A stretch of DNA of 64,000 bases from Thalassospira sp. (GCF_030690045.1 NZ_JAUYHK010000009.1:83718-147717); one strand, 5' to 3'. Positions 1-11,572 are shown, counted from the first letter of the stretch. The notes: generated from the sequence alone by a model not told the origin. Program-made: numbers and translations.

Positions 1-64
1 GATCACGGATGTCAGGACCGTCAAAATCCTTTTCTGCGGTGCCTGCTGGCTGTTGGTCTGTCAT
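1..64 (-). CDS. 5' end of an unidentified gene running out of the window (MTDQQPAGTAEKDFDGPDIRD...)
   Basis: ATG (complement of 62-64) is open to the window edge and divergent from phaR. Too short to identify. Confidence 0.3.
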   Translation of the reverse strand, partial: MTDQQPAGTAEKDFDGPDIRD

Positions 65-361
65 CTTTGTCCCGTCCTGTCCGGGTTTATTCTTCACCTG
101 TTACTATAAGGTGGTGCGCCGATAAGGAAAATGAAATCCCGTGTTGCGAGGCAGCACAGGCCCCATCCTGCATTTTTTCGCATCGCACTGTATGTTGAAT
201 GCTGGACACACGCGCATTTACACGGCACTCTTGCATATCGTTGTGCAGCCGCAACAGCGAAAATGCTGCGCAACATGCCGCACCGTGCCACGGCACAGAT
301 GCCAAAAGCAAGATCCTATCGGGGCCAACGTTCGGGAAACAGGGAAAGCAGGAAAAACGCC

Positions 362-988
362 ATGACCACGACCAAAAGTGCCAAAGACGCCGACCGCGTT
401 GTCATTAAAAAATATGCCAATCGCCGTCTCTATAACACCGCAACCAGTTCCTATGTCACGCTGGATCACCTGTCGCAGATGGTCAAGGACAATACCGATT
501 TTGTCGTTTACGACGCCAAGACCGGCGATGACATTACCCGCCCCGTCCTGACCCAGATCATTGTCGAGGAAGAAAACAAGGGGCAGAACCTGCTGCCCAT
601 CAATTTTCTGCGTCAGCTGATCGGCTTTTACGGCGACAGTTTGCAGGGCCTTGTTCCCGGATATCTGGAACAGGCGATGCGGTCTTTCAGCCATAATCAG
701 GAACAGATGCGCGATTATATGGAAGGCACGATGAAGGGAATTTTCCCCTTTGGCCAGTTCGAGGAAATGAACAAACAGAATATGGCGCTGTTTGAGCAGA
801 CCATGAAAATGTTTGCGCCCTTTATCAATGCCGATGACGAAACCGGCGGCAACAAACCCGGCACCCCGGGCACAAGCACCCCGCGCCAGCCCGCCAAAAG
901 CGATGCATCGCTCGATGATCTCAAGGCGCAACTCGAAGCCATGCAGGCACAGCTCAATAATCTGGTCAGCAAAAAGCCCGAAAAATAA
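362..988 (+). CDS. phaR: Polyhydroxyalkanoate synthesis repressor PhaR
   Basis: ORF 131-988 trimmed to ATG 362, which follows an AGGAAA Shine-Dalgarno-like motif. The N-terminus VVIKKYANRRLYNTATSSYVTLDHL...TQIIVEEE is the characteristic PhaR DNA-binding domain. Confidence 0.9.
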   Translation: MTTTKSAKDADRVVIKKYANRRLYNTATSSYVTLDHLSQMVKDNTDFVVYDAKTGDDITRPVLTQIIVEEENKGQNLLPINFLRQLIGFYGDSLQGLVPGYLEQAMRSFSHNQEQMRDYMEGTMKGIFPFGQFEEMNKQNMALFEQTMKMFAPFINADDETGGNKPGTPGTSTPRQPAKSDASLDDLKAQLEAMQAQLNNLVSKKPEK

Positions 989-1038
989 CGGCCTGCATCC
1001 TCTGCCCTGCCTCTTTGGCTTGACCGGCATCTGATTGA

Positions 1039-1065
1039 ACGGGACCCCGCGGGTCCCGTTTTTCG
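1039..1065 (+). terminator. Rho-independent terminator after phaR
   Basis: Stem ACGGGACC / GGTCCCGT with a 5-nt loop, followed by TTTTT. Confidence 0.6.
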
Positions 1066-1224
1066 TGTCCGGCATCATTCCTGCATAAACTTTTTGTTAA
1101 CCATTTCGCCCGGCCCCAACAGGCCGCAAGGCGGCAATTTTTGCCGGGTCCTCTCCGGCCGAACCAGACAGAAAGGCATGCCCCCAGAATCAACTGATCC
1201 ACCGGACACGCACAGAATGATGCC

Positions 1225-1587
1225 ATGACGGCGATGAGCCCCCTTTCCCTGCGCCCGATGCAATCGCAGGCAGCATCGATGGCCAGCAGCCACACCGACG
1301 GTATGTCCGGGATCGGTGACAGTCGTTTTGCGCGCCTGCATCAACCCTCCCCCGTCCGCACCGATGGCGGGCTGTGGCTGGAAAGTCATGCACTTGCAGG
1401 CAGTTCGGCGTTCTGGGCGCAACTGATCGGGCAAATGATGCCACCCGAAAACCGATTGCAACCTGCGGTCATTCGCCAGATGCATGCCAGCTATGCACAA
1501 CCCGTAACGCCTTATGGGTCAGAATCATTGATCTTTTTTTCGCCTTACGCACTAGACAAGGACCGCTATATTGACCTATATAGCTAG
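1225..1587 (+). CDS. Hypothetical protein (120 aa), uncertain
   Basis: The only sizeable ORF with native-looking codon usage in the 770-bp gap between phaR and the XRE gene. No recognisable motif. Confidence 0.3.
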   Translation: MTAMSPLSLRPMQSQAASMASSHTDGMSGIGDSRFARLHQPSPVRTDGGLWLESHALAGSSAFWAQLIGQMMPPENRLQPAVIRQMHASYAQPVTPYGSESLIFFSPYALDKDRYIDLYS

Positions 1588-1757
1588 CTTCTCTCGCACC
1601 GTTGAGTGCTTTATCTGACCCATGTTCAGATATACATCTTGCCCGACAATGGCACAAACAGATGCCAGACAGGCGCATGGAGCGAACGTAAAAGAGACGT
1701 TCGGCGGCGGTCGAAGTGGGATTTTTATAACTGGCGGTTGATAACGGAAAAAATGCA

Positions 1758-2153
1758 ATGAATGCTATTGCTTCAGATGACGAAAACAAGCGCGCCAATC
1801 GCGCCACCGATACGGATCGTTATGTCGGTCAGCGCATCCGCGAACGCCGCATCATGTTGGGTTTCAGCCAGCAGCAGATGGCCGATCTGATCGGCGTTAC
1901 CTATCAGCAGGCCCACAAATACGAGCGCGGTATTAACCGTATCTCGGCGGGTCGTCTTTACGAAATTTCACAGGTTCTTGGCGTTCCTGTGAATTATTTC
2001 TACGAAGGGCTGAATGGCAATCAGGAAACCGAACTGAATGCCCGCCAGCGCATGTGCCTTGAACTGGCGCGCAATTTCGCCAGCATCAAACACGAAAAAC
2101 ATCAGGAAGCCCTGAGCCATATGGCCCGCGCTTTGGCCGATCAGGCCGCCTGA
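1758..2153 (+). CDS. XRE-family helix-turn-helix transcriptional regulator
   Basis: RIRERRIMLGFSQQQMADLIGVTYQQAHKYERGINRISAGRLYEISQVLGVPVNYF is a classic Cro/C1-type HTH. Confidence 0.85.
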   Translation: MNAIASDDENKRANRATDTDRYVGQRIRERRIMLGFSQQQMADLIGVTYQQAHKYERGINRISAGRLYEISQVLGVPVNYFYEGLNGNQETELNARQRMCLELARNFASIKHEKHQEALSHMARALADQAA

Positions 2154-2180
2154 CCCAAATTTTCAGCGCCACCGCTGTGC

Positions 2181-2212
2181 AAAAAAGGCTGCGTTTCATC
2201 GCAGCCTTTTTT
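2181..2212. terminator. Bidirectional terminator between the convergent XRE gene and proB
   Basis: AAAAAAGGCTGCG-tttcat-CGCAGCCTTTTTT: a 9-bp stem flanked by an A-run and a T-run. Confidence 0.6.
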
Positions 2213-2246
2213 GCATTCATTGTCCCGTCCTGAATCAAACCGGCCA

Positions 2247-4441
<2,195 letters not shown>

Positions 4442-4460
4442 TTAAACACCGTCTATAACA

Positions 4461-4500
4461 CATAAAATGAGGGAGGAATGATCGCTCATTCCTCCCTCAT
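4461..4500 (-). terminator. Rho-independent terminator downstream of rpmA
   Basis: Perfect 15-bp stem ATGAGGGAGGAATGA / TCATTCCTCCCTCAT with a 4-nt loop, followed on the minus strand by TTTTAT. Confidence 0.55.
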
Positions 4501-4534
4501 AATTTCTTGGCACGTTGTGCCCGGAACGGGAGGC

Positions 4535-4795
4535 TTACGCCTCTGCCGGAACGACGTTCACAAAGGTACGACCCTTGAACCCGGTTTTGAACAGGACGCT
4601 GCCGTCCACAGTTGCAAACAGGGTATGGTCTTTGGCGAGGCCAACATTGGCACCGGCGTGGAACTTGGTTCCGCGCTGACGAACAAGAATGTTACCTGCA
4701 ACAACCGCCTGACCGCCGAATTTCTTCACACCGAGGCGTCTGCCTTCGGAGTCGCGGCCGTTGCGGGAGCTACCACCAGCTTTTTTATGAGCCAT
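4535..4795 (-). CDS. rpmA: 50S ribosomal protein L27
   Basis: [29 protein letters not shown]... Confidence 0.97.
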   Translation of the reverse strand: MAHKKAGGSSRNGRDSEGRRLGVKKFGGQAVVAGNILVRQRGTKFHAGANVGLAKDHTLFATVDGSVLFKTGFKGRTFVNVVPAEA

Positions 4796-4823
4796 GAAAC
4801 TCTCCTAAACCTGCATCCTGGCC

Positions 4824-5138
4824 TTAGTTGGCCTTGATGTCCTTAATGCGCAGAACGGTCAGGTTCTGGCGGTGACCATTTTTACGACGGTAATTATGCC
4901 GGCGCTTCTTCTTGAAAACGATCACTTTGTCGCCCTTGGTCTGTTCGAGAACTTCTGCAACAACAGAGGCCCCCTTGACCAACGGAACGCCAACCACCGG
5001 CGCACCGTCGCCAGCAACCATAAGAACCTCGTCGAGGGTTACGGTTTCACCGGCCTGGGCAGCGATCTTTTCGACTTTGATAACGTCGTTGGCGGCAACC
5101 TTGTATTGTTTGCCACCGGTTTTGATGATTGCATACAT
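4824..5138 (-). CDS. rplU: 50S ribosomal protein L21
   Basis: [14 protein letters not shown]... Confidence 0.97.
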   Translation of the reverse strand: MYAIIKTGGKQYKVAANDVIKVEKIAAQAGETVTLDEVLMVAGDGAPVVGVPLVKGASVVAEVLEQTKGDKVIVFKKKRRHNYRRKNGHRQNLTVLRIKDIKAN

Positions 5139-5373
5139 CGATAAGTTCCTGAAAATTCAGTTTCGGAAACACAAACGCGCAGCCCGGTGTCGCTGCTACA
5201 GATACCGGACCGCTGCGAGAGACGGGTGGATTACCGCCTTTGCCCCGCAGAGTCAATCATAATGCGCGTTTTGCGCACCCTGCCCCCGTTTAAATGCCAT
5301 CCCGCAATATTCCCTCTTGCAATCTTGCGCCGGGCTCGGTAAACACCGCCTCGAACGCCAAGACCACACATGC

Positions 5374-5463
<90 letters not shown>

Positions 5464-5533
5464 TTTGCCGCCGATTGCACCCTGTGACGCGATATTTTGC
5501 GAAGTAACCGCCTTATGCTGCCGATCACCGCAT
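5464..5533 (+). repeat. Copy A of an island-internal repeat family, abutting the 3' end of tRNA-Ser
   Basis: CCGATTGCACCCTGTGACGCGATATTTTGCG (5471-5501) and CCGATCACCGCAT (5521-5533) match copies B and C. The similarity may start in the last 6 nt (CCGCCA) of the tRNA. Confidence 0.6.
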
Positions 5534-5656
5534 GCTGTCTTTAGGGACTTGACACACGCCGATTGTCTTGCGGTCGGCCCGTTCATTCGGTGGGGACCGA
5601 CGCATAGCCGGCGGGATGCAGCAGAAAATACTGTCTGCCCGTGCTGAAAGGCGCCA

Positions 5657-6274
5657 TCAATGTCTTCGTCCAGTCTGCGGAGGCCGTGCCGCGACGCCTG
5701 ACACGACGTCTTCGATGATCTCCTGCAATTCCGTTGGCGTCGAACCGTCCCGGGCTTGAATCGAGATGCCTTGCATGACCGCGGCCAAATGGCGAGCCAG
5801 GCGGTTCACCTCGTCCACCGCTGCAAACGGCTGGAGCGCCTGCGCAATCCTTTGGCGCATGGCGTCACGCCGCTTGGCAGCATCGCGGGCGAGCGGCGCA
5901 TGATCAGGATGACAGGCGATCATGCCCCCGGAGATCATGCAGCCACGCTCGCGATCGGGATGGGTGACAGCTCTGACGGCTGCCTCAAGCAACAGCCGCA
6001 CCGCCTCCGCGAGTGAGGTCGCCGAACTGACGGAAGTCGCATCAAGCGTGCCGAGCGTCTCCTCGTAATGGATGAGGGCTTGCTGATAGAGCCCGGCCTT
6101 GCTGCCAAAGGCCGCGTAAAGGCTCGGAGGCGCGATCCCGATCTCCTTCGTCAGATCACCGATCGACACCCCCTCAAAGCCATGCCGCCAGAACAGCCGC
6201 ATCGCCGTCTCGATCGCCTTTTCCCGATCAAAGCTCCACGGCCGTCCGCCGCGTGATTTTGCATCTCGTTTCAT
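5657..6274 (-). CDS. TetR-family transcriptional regulator
   Basis: FDREKAIETAMRLFWRHGFEGVSIGDLTKEIGIAPPSLYAAFGSKAGLY is a TetR HTH. The ORF extends to 6310; ATG 6274 (MKRDAKS...) is the preferred start. Confidence 0.85.
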   Translation of the reverse strand: MKRDAKSRGGRPWSFDREKAIETAMRLFWRHGFEGVSIGDLTKEIGIAPPSLYAAFGSKAGLYQQALIHYEETLGTLDATSVSSATSLAEAVRLLLEAAVRAVTHPDRERGCMISGGMIACHPDHAPLARDAAKRRDAMRQRIAQALQPFAAVDEVNRLARHLAAVMQGISIQARDGSTPTELQEIIEDVVSGVAARPPQTGRRH

Positions 6275-6292
6275 ACCAATCACTAAACAACC

Positions 6293-6311
6293 ATTGACAT
6301 ACGAAGTCAAT
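6293..6311. promoter_or_regulatory. Candidate TetR operator overlapping a TTGACA -35-like hexamer
   Basis: Perfect inverted repeat ATTGAC-N7-GTCAAT in the 78-bp divergent region between the TetR gene and the hydrolase gene. Confidence 0.4.
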
Positions 6312-6352
6312 CGAATTTAATAGCGTTCGATAAACAACATGGAGCTCCCCTC

Positions 6353-7324
6353 ATGAATTACTCGAGACGCACATTCATCGCTGGCGCCGCCGGGCTCACG
6401 GCACTCGCCTTCGGAGGCACCAATACGCCTGCGGCGCATGCGGCATCATCAGGCACCCAGGTTTCCGGCGCAGCCGCCGGTGGGGCAACCGCGGCGAAGC
6501 CTCAGTCTTTCCAGGTCCGCTCGACAGACGGCACGATGCTGGCGGGCGAGGCGAAGGGTGATCCCGATGCCCCTGAGATCCTGTTCATCCACGGTCTGCG
6601 CCAGAGCCGGCTAAGCTGGGAAAAGCAGTTCGCTGCCCCCGGGCTCGCAGGATTTCGTATGGTCGGCTTCGATCTGCGCGGCCATGGCGATTCAGACAAG
6701 CCGGCAGCACTCGATGCCTATTCCGATGCTGATCGCTGGGCGGATGACGTCGCTGCCGTGATCGACGGCGCCATGCTCCGCCGGCCGGTGCTGGTCGGCT
6801 GGTCGCTGGGCGGCTTCGTCGCCGGCGCCTATCTCAGGAAATACGGCGGCGCGAAAATCGCCGGCGTCAATCTGGTCGATGCCGTGACCAAGCTGTCGTC
6901 AGATCTACTGACCGAGGAGGCGGGAGCCTTCACCGCCACCACCACTTCCCACGATCTGACGCAACGCACCGCGGCCACGGCCGACTTCCTTGCAGCCTGC
7001 TTCCACCAACCGCCGACGGAGGCAGAGATGAAGAACATGCTCGTCGTCAACGGCATGACAGTACGCGCCGTCAACGAGGGCTTCATCAAGACCACGACCT
7101 CCGATCTCGAGCCCGTCTTCGCGGAATATGCCGGCCCGATCCTCTTGACGCATGGCGTTCATGACCGGCTCGTGCGTATCGCGATGTCGGAGCGGATCAA
7201 GGCGATCAATGCCGATAGCCGACTGTCGCTTTTCTCCAAGAGCGGACATAGCCCCTTTTACGAGGAACCGGCGCGCTACAACCGGGAACTGGCCGAGTTC
7301 GTGACGGCCTCAAGCAAGAGCTGA
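6353..7324 (+). CDS. Exported alpha/beta hydrolase with a twin-arginine (Tat) signal
   Basis: N-terminus MNYSRRTFIAGAAGLTALAFGG...AHA matches the Tat motif SRRxFxxG. Hydrolase motifs are ILFIHG and GWSLGG (GxSxG). Confidence 0.85.
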   Translation: MNYSRRTFIAGAAGLTALAFGGTNTPAAHAASSGTQVSGAAAGGATAAKPQSFQVRSTDGTMLAGEAKGDPDAPEILFIHGLRQSRLSWEKQFAAPGLAGFRMVGFDLRGHGDSDKPAALDAYSDADRWADDVAAVIDGAMLRRPVLVGWSLGGFVAGAYLRKYGGAKIAGVNLVDAVTKLSSDLLTEEAGAFTATTTSHDLTQRTAATADFLAACFHQPPTEAEMKNMLVVNGMTVRAVNEGFIKTTTSDLEPVFAEYAGPILLTHGVHDRLVRIAMSERIKAINADSRLSLFSKSGHSPFYEEPARYNRELAEFVTASSKS

Positions 7325-7333
7325 GAGATCGAC

Positions 7334-8308
7334 ATGACCCTGGATCGGCACTGCCACCCCGCATCCCCCAACCCGGCAACCGCGAATGCCCAGATAACCC
7401 TGAGGGTCGGGACCGGCATCGGGATTGATGGGACGCCGCCCTTCTTTCCAGGCTTCAGCACCCTTGACATCGACACCGGCGGCGTTCGCTTCGCCGGCGT
7501 CATCGGTGGCTCTGGTCCGCCGCTTCTACTGCTGCACGGTTTTCCCGAGACGCACATCGCGTGGCGCAAGGTCGCCCCGACTCTGGCATGTCGCCACACC
7601 CTGATTATACCCGACCTGCCAGGCTATGGCGCCAGCCGACCCCACGCGATGACGCCGCGCTGGACAAAACGACGTGTCGGCGACGCGCTGGTCGCACTTA
7701 TGAGGATGCTTGGCCATCAGCGCTTCGCGCTTGCCGGGCACGACCGCGGCGCGCGGGCAGGCTACAGGTTGGTGCTCGATCATCCCGGCGTCGTAACCCG
7801 CTTTGCATCGTTGACCGTCGTTCCGACGCTCGATGCGATGCTGGCGGTCGACTATCGCTACGCCCAGAGGAGCTATCACTGGTTCCTCCTCGGCCAGGAA
7901 GGAGGTCTGCCCGAACGGCTGCTCGCAGCGGCACCGGATGAATTCATCGATCGGGTCTTCAAGGTCATGAGCGCGGAGAGTGACAGCGTCATTGAGGCGC
8001 CGGCGAGGGAAGCGTACCGCGCTGCTTTCCGCAATCCGGCGGTGCGGCACGCGATGTGCGAGGACTATCGTGCAGCGCTGAACGAAGATATTGTCCATGA
8101 CGAGGCGGACCGAGCAGCAGGACGCAAGCTGGATTGTCCTGTCCTCGTGCTCTGGCCGAGTTCTGAGGAGGTCGCCGGCCGGCCCAACCGGATCGATATC
8201 TGGAAAGGTTGGGCCGATCATGTCACGGGTGCGGTGACGACTGGCGGCCATCTCCAGCCCGAGGATCGTCCTGATGAGGTCGCAGCCGTGCTAACCGCGT
8301 TCATCTAG
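7334..8308 (+). CDS. Alpha/beta hydrolase of the haloacetate dehalogenase / epoxide hydrolase type
   Basis: LLLLHGFPETHIAW...IPDLPGYGAS...LAGHDRGARAGYRL indicates an Asp nucleophile in a GHDRG context. Confidence 0.8.
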   Translation: MTLDRHCHPASPNPATANAQITLRVGTGIGIDGTPPFFPGFSTLDIDTGGVRFAGVIGGSGPPLLLLHGFPETHIAWRKVAPTLACRHTLIIPDLPGYGASRPHAMTPRWTKRRVGDALVALMRMLGHQRFALAGHDRGARAGYRLVLDHPGVVTRFASLTVVPTLDAMLAVDYRYAQRSYHWFLLGQEGGLPERLLAAAPDEFIDRVFKVMSAESDSVIEAPAREAYRAAFRNPAVRHAMCEDYRAALNEDIVHDEADRAAGRKLDCPVLVLWPSSEEVAGRPNRIDIWKGWADHVTGAVTTGGHLQPEDRPDEVAAVLTAFI

Positions 8309-8314
8309 GCGGCA

Positions 8315-8436
8315 TTAGAGGGTTATTGCGTAGATGTAGTGCTCATCTTCGTCGGGCGTGGCCCGCCATTCCCTCCGATTGTACGCTATGACGCGATATT
8401 CTGCGCGATAGCTACGCAAACGACGCCGAACACCGA
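8315..8436 (+). repeat. Copy B of the island-internal repeat family
   Basis: Starts 6 nt after the hydrolase stop codon. About four-fifths identical to copy C over ~87 nt by hand alignment, and shares the core CCGATTGTACGCTATGACGCGATATTCTGCG with copy A. Confidence 0.65.
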
Positions 8437-8462
8437 ACACCACGGCAAGGCGGAATTGAAAA

Positions 8463-9506
8463 TCAGCTTCCAACTTCACTCTTGAACCGAACGACCACCT
8501 TACCGAACGGCCCGCGTTCGAGATGATCGAACGCCGCTCGTGCATCCTCAAAGGCGTAGACCCTGTCGATCACCGGCTTGATGCCATGTTGGTTGATGCC
8601 GCGATTCATGTCTTCGAATGATCGTCTATGCCCGACCGAAATGCCTTGGATGATGGCCCTCTTCAGCATCATGGGAACCGCCGACAGCACGATCTCCGAT
8701 CCCTTCATAAAACCGATCTGGGCGATACGCCCGCCGCTCGCGAGTGCGGCTGCCGACTGGCTGATATTGTCGCCGCCGACCAGTTCGAGCACATGATCAA
8801 CACCACGCCCGGCGGTCAGTTCCAACGCTCCAGCGGACCAGTCTGGGTTGGCACGAGTGTCGATCACGCCGAAAGCGCCGAGCGCCTTTGCGTGCTCCAG
8901 CTTCTCCGTGCTGCGCGAGGTGACGATCACATGGGCTCCGAACGCCTGCGCAAACTGGAGCCCGAACAGGGCGACGCCGCCCGTACCCTGCACCAGAACG
9001 GTTTGGCCCGCTTTCAGATGACCTGTCTCGATCAGAGCGAACCATGCCGTCAGCGCCGCAACTGGCAAGGTAGAGGCTTCCACGTCCGTCAGCGATACGG
9101 GCGCCTTGACGGCGATGTCCTCGTGTAGCGTCACATATTCAGCCAGCATGCCCGGCAGCGGTCCGCCGAGCGACAGGCCATGCCGGGCCATCTCCCGTGG
9201 TGGCTCACCGTCGATCCATTGCGTCCAGAAGTTTCCGAGCACCCGGTCGCCGACCTTGAATCGTGACACATCCGCGTCGGTCGCCACGACCTCTCCCGCC
9301 ATGTCCGATACCGGAACGAACGGCATGGTTGGCCTGTCGGGCAGCAACCCACCTTCGACCACCAGCTTGTCGCGATAGTTGAGGGAGACCGCCGCAACTC
9401 GGATCAGCAGCTCTTTGCTGCCCGGCGTCGGCATCGGCGCTTCGGCCAATTCCAGATTCTTCAGTCCGAATGACGGCAACTGCCATCGTTTCATTGTCTC
9501 GCTCAT
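8463..9506 (-). CDS. Zinc-type alcohol dehydrogenase / NADPH:quinone oxidoreductase family (MDR superfamily)
   Basis: [14 protein letters not shown]...[28 protein letters not shown]. The ORF extends to 9620; ATG 9506 follows GGAAAGGA. Confidence 0.85.
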   Translation of the reverse strand: MSETMKRWQLPSFGLKNLELAEAPMPTPGSKELLIRVAAVSLNYRDKLVVEGGLLPDRPTMPFVPVSDMAGEVVATDADVSRFKVGDRVLGNFWTQWIDGEPPREMARHGLSLGGPLPGMLAEYVTLHEDIAVKAPVSLTDVEASTLPVAALTAWFALIETGHLKAGQTVLVQGTGGVALFGLQFAQAFGAHVIVTSRSTEKLEHAKALGAFGVIDTRANPDWSAGALELTAGRGVDHVLELVGGDNISQSAAALASGGRIAQIGFMKGSEIVLSAVPMMLKRAIIQGISVGHRRSFEDMNRGINQHGIKPVIDRVYAFEDARAAFDHLERGPFGKVVVRFKSEVGS

Positions 9507-9543
9507 GGTCGATCCTTTCCCGCGTTGAGCGAGGACCTTATTG

Positions 9544-9560
9544 ACAATCATATCGATTGT
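9544..9560. promoter_or_regulatory. Candidate LysR-type binding site
   Basis: Perfect inverted repeat ACAATC-atatc-GATTGT in the divergent oxidoreductase/LysR intergenic region. Confidence 0.3.
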
Positions 9561-9606
9561 GTTGCGATGTGTTTTGCGAACACTTCCTCCATTTGGTCTC
9601 CAATTG

Positions 9607-10530
9607 ATGAGCCTGAACATTCATTCCCACCTTCAAGGCATTTCCGCCTTCGTGCATGCGGTAGAAACAGGCAGCTTCACGGCGGCGGCGGCACGCATGG
9701 GCGTGTCGAAGTCCGCGACCGGTAAGAGCGTCGCTCGCCTCGAAGAGCGTCTCGGTGTCCGGTTGCTGAACCGCACCACGCGCAGCCTGAATCTGACGGC
9801 CGAAGGGCGGGCCTATTACCAGAGCTGTCTCAAGGTTCTGGAAGAACTGAACGCGGCTGAGACGCTTCTGGCCTCGCGAAAGCGCGTCGTATCGGGAACC
9901 TTGCGGATCAACCTGCCCATTTCATTCGGCCGGTTGTGCGTCATGCCCGTGCTCAAGGAGGTCGCGGACAAGAACCCCGATCTCAATCTCGATATCTCAT
10001 TCACAGACCGCCAAGTCGATCTCGTCGAGGAAGGCATCGACCTCGTTGTGCGGCTTGGCGCCCGCGGAGATCACGCCAGCCTGATCGGGCGGCGGATTGG
10101 TACGCAACGCTCGATCATCTGCGCCGCGCCGTCCTATCTGGACCGTCGAGGGCGTCCGGCCTCCGTCGAGGAACTCGCCGAACACGACTGTCTCGCTTTC
10201 GCCAAGGATAGCCGCCCGCTGCCATGGGCGGTTTGCGGCCCGGACGAACTGGTCAGGTCGTTCGTCATCCAACCGCGCCATACGGTCAGCCACGGTGAGG
10301 CCTTGCGGGACGCGACCGTGAACGGACTGGGGCTGGCCTACCTTTCGACCTGGCTGGCGGCGGACGATCTCCGCAGCGGGCGGCTTGAAGTGGTGCCGAT
10401 TGCCACCCCCGTGGAAGACGTCCCCATTACCGCGCTTTGGCCGCGCTCGCGCGATTTGGCTCCCAAGGTAAGAGTGGTGGTGGTTGCCCTCGTCGAAGCG
10501 TTTATGCCGACCCACCTGACCGACTCATGA
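9607..10530 (+). CDS. LysR-family transcriptional regulator
   Basis: [52 protein letters not shown]. The ORF starts at 9541; ATG 9607 gives the canonical LysR N-terminus. Confidence 0.9.
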   Translation: MSLNIHSHLQGISAFVHAVETGSFTAAAARMGVSKSATGKSVARLEERLGVRLLNRTTRSLNLTAEGRAYYQSCLKVLEELNAAETLLASRKRVVSGTLRINLPISFGRLCVMPVLKEVADKNPDLNLDISFTDRQVDLVEEGIDLVVRLGARGDHASLIGRRIGTQRSIICAAPSYLDRRGRPASVEELAEHDCLAFAKDSRPLPWAVCGPDELVRSFVIQPRHTVSHGEALRDATVNGLGLAYLSTWLAADDLRSGRLEVVPIATPVEDVPITALWPRSRDLAPKVRVVVVALVEAFMPTHLTDS

Positions 10531-10542
10531 GAAAGGGCGGCG

Positions 10543-10646
10543 TTAGAGAGCTATAGCGTAGACATAGTTCTCATCTTGGTCGCTCACGGCCCGCCAAACA
10601 CCGCCGATTGCCCGCTATGACGCGATATTGCCGTCGATCACCGCAT
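10543..10646 (+). repeat. Copy C of the island-internal repeat family
   Basis: Starts 12 nt after the LysR stop codon. It carries TTAGAG...GGCCCGCCA...CCGATTGCCCGCTATGACGCGATATT and CGATCACCGCAT, the latter shared with copy A. Confidence 0.65.
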
Positions 10647-10756
10647 CATCACCAAGCAACTATCAGGACCGTCGGTTTACGCTACAGCCCGGCATATTCT
10701 GAAGGCCGGCGCAGGAAGGAAGCGACGCCATTGCTGTCGAAGGCCATTGGTGGAGA

Positions 10757-11467
10757 CTATCCCGGAAGCCGCTTCTTTTCGTTCTCTCTTGCACTGAGCT
10801 TTGCCAGATATACGCGCAACAAGCTTACCCGCCGGGGACGAAAACTGGTTCCTTTGCTTGAAACGCCGTCGACCCGGTCGATCCTGAACATCCGGTAATC
10901 ATCACGCAGGCAGCACCAGGCCAGAACCGTCAGGACGTGATCGTTATATACGATGGCAAGGGGGCGAATGATGCGCTGGCTGGCGGTGCCCTCTTGATCG
11001 CGATAGCCGATTTCGATCTCCTGCTCCTCCCAGCACGCCTTCCGTATCGCCTGCAGATGCGGATGCGAGCCGTAGCGACCACTTGGCCGATAGACATGGG
11101 AGATCGAATGCAGCAATTGCTGCTCCCGATCGTTCGGCAAGGTGGCGGCAATCTTGGCCAGCACAGCCTCGGCGGCACGCGCCAAGTCCGGATCGCCCAT
11201 CTGTCGCACTTCGCCCAGTCCCACAGTAATCGCCTCGATTTCCAATCGATCGAATGTTTGCGGCGGCAGGGCATAGTCCTCGATCAGGCGATAGCCATAG
11301 CCGCGTTCTCCCTCAATACGGGCGCCCGACAGCCGCAACAGTTCGATATCGCGGTAGATCGATCGTACGGACACGCCGCGTTCGACCGCCAAACGTTCCG
11401 CCGTGATCGGAGGCGACATGACGCGCATAAGCTGAAGAAGGCGCAGCAATCTATCGGGTCCGCTCAT
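10757..11467 (-). CDS. YafY-family transcriptional regulator (HTH plus WYL domain)
   Basis: DRLLRLLQLMRVMSPPITAERLAVERGVSVRSIYRDIELLRLSGARIEGERGYGYRL, followed by a WYL-type C-terminal half (IEIGYRDQEGTASQRIIRPLAIVY). Confidence 0.85.
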   Translation of the reverse strand: MSGPDRLLRLLQLMRVMSPPITAERLAVERGVSVRSIYRDIELLRLSGARIEGERGYGYRLIEDYALPPQTFDRLEIEAITVGLGEVRQMGDPDLARAAEAVLAKIAATLPNDREQQLLHSISHVYRPSGRYGSHPHLQAIRKACWEEQEIEIGYRDQEGTASQRIIRPLAIVYNDHVLTVLAWCCLRDDYRMFRIDRVDGVSSKGTSFRPRRVSLLRVYLAKLSARENEKKRLPG

Positions 11468-11572
11468 CGTCTAACTGCCGTGAAGTGTCAGTTGGGCCCA
11501 TCTATACACGTTTCATCCAATTCCGATAGCCAGAGGACGTCTTGCGGCGATATTTCAGAAAGAGAGTGAACC

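Noticed and set aside
8326-8419. 8-bp inverted repeat (TTGCGTAG...CTACGCAA) flanking repeat copy B, with a 7-bp one in copy C, which might indicate a MITE-like structure.
   Set aside because: The arms are at non-homologous positions in the two copies. A 7-8 bp inverted match within ~100-150 nt is expected by chance.
10608-10898. 96-aa plus-strand ORF between the LysR and WYL genes.
   Set aside because: It starts inside repeat copy C and overlaps the 3' end of the WYL regulator gene in antisense. There is no RBS and the composition is odd.
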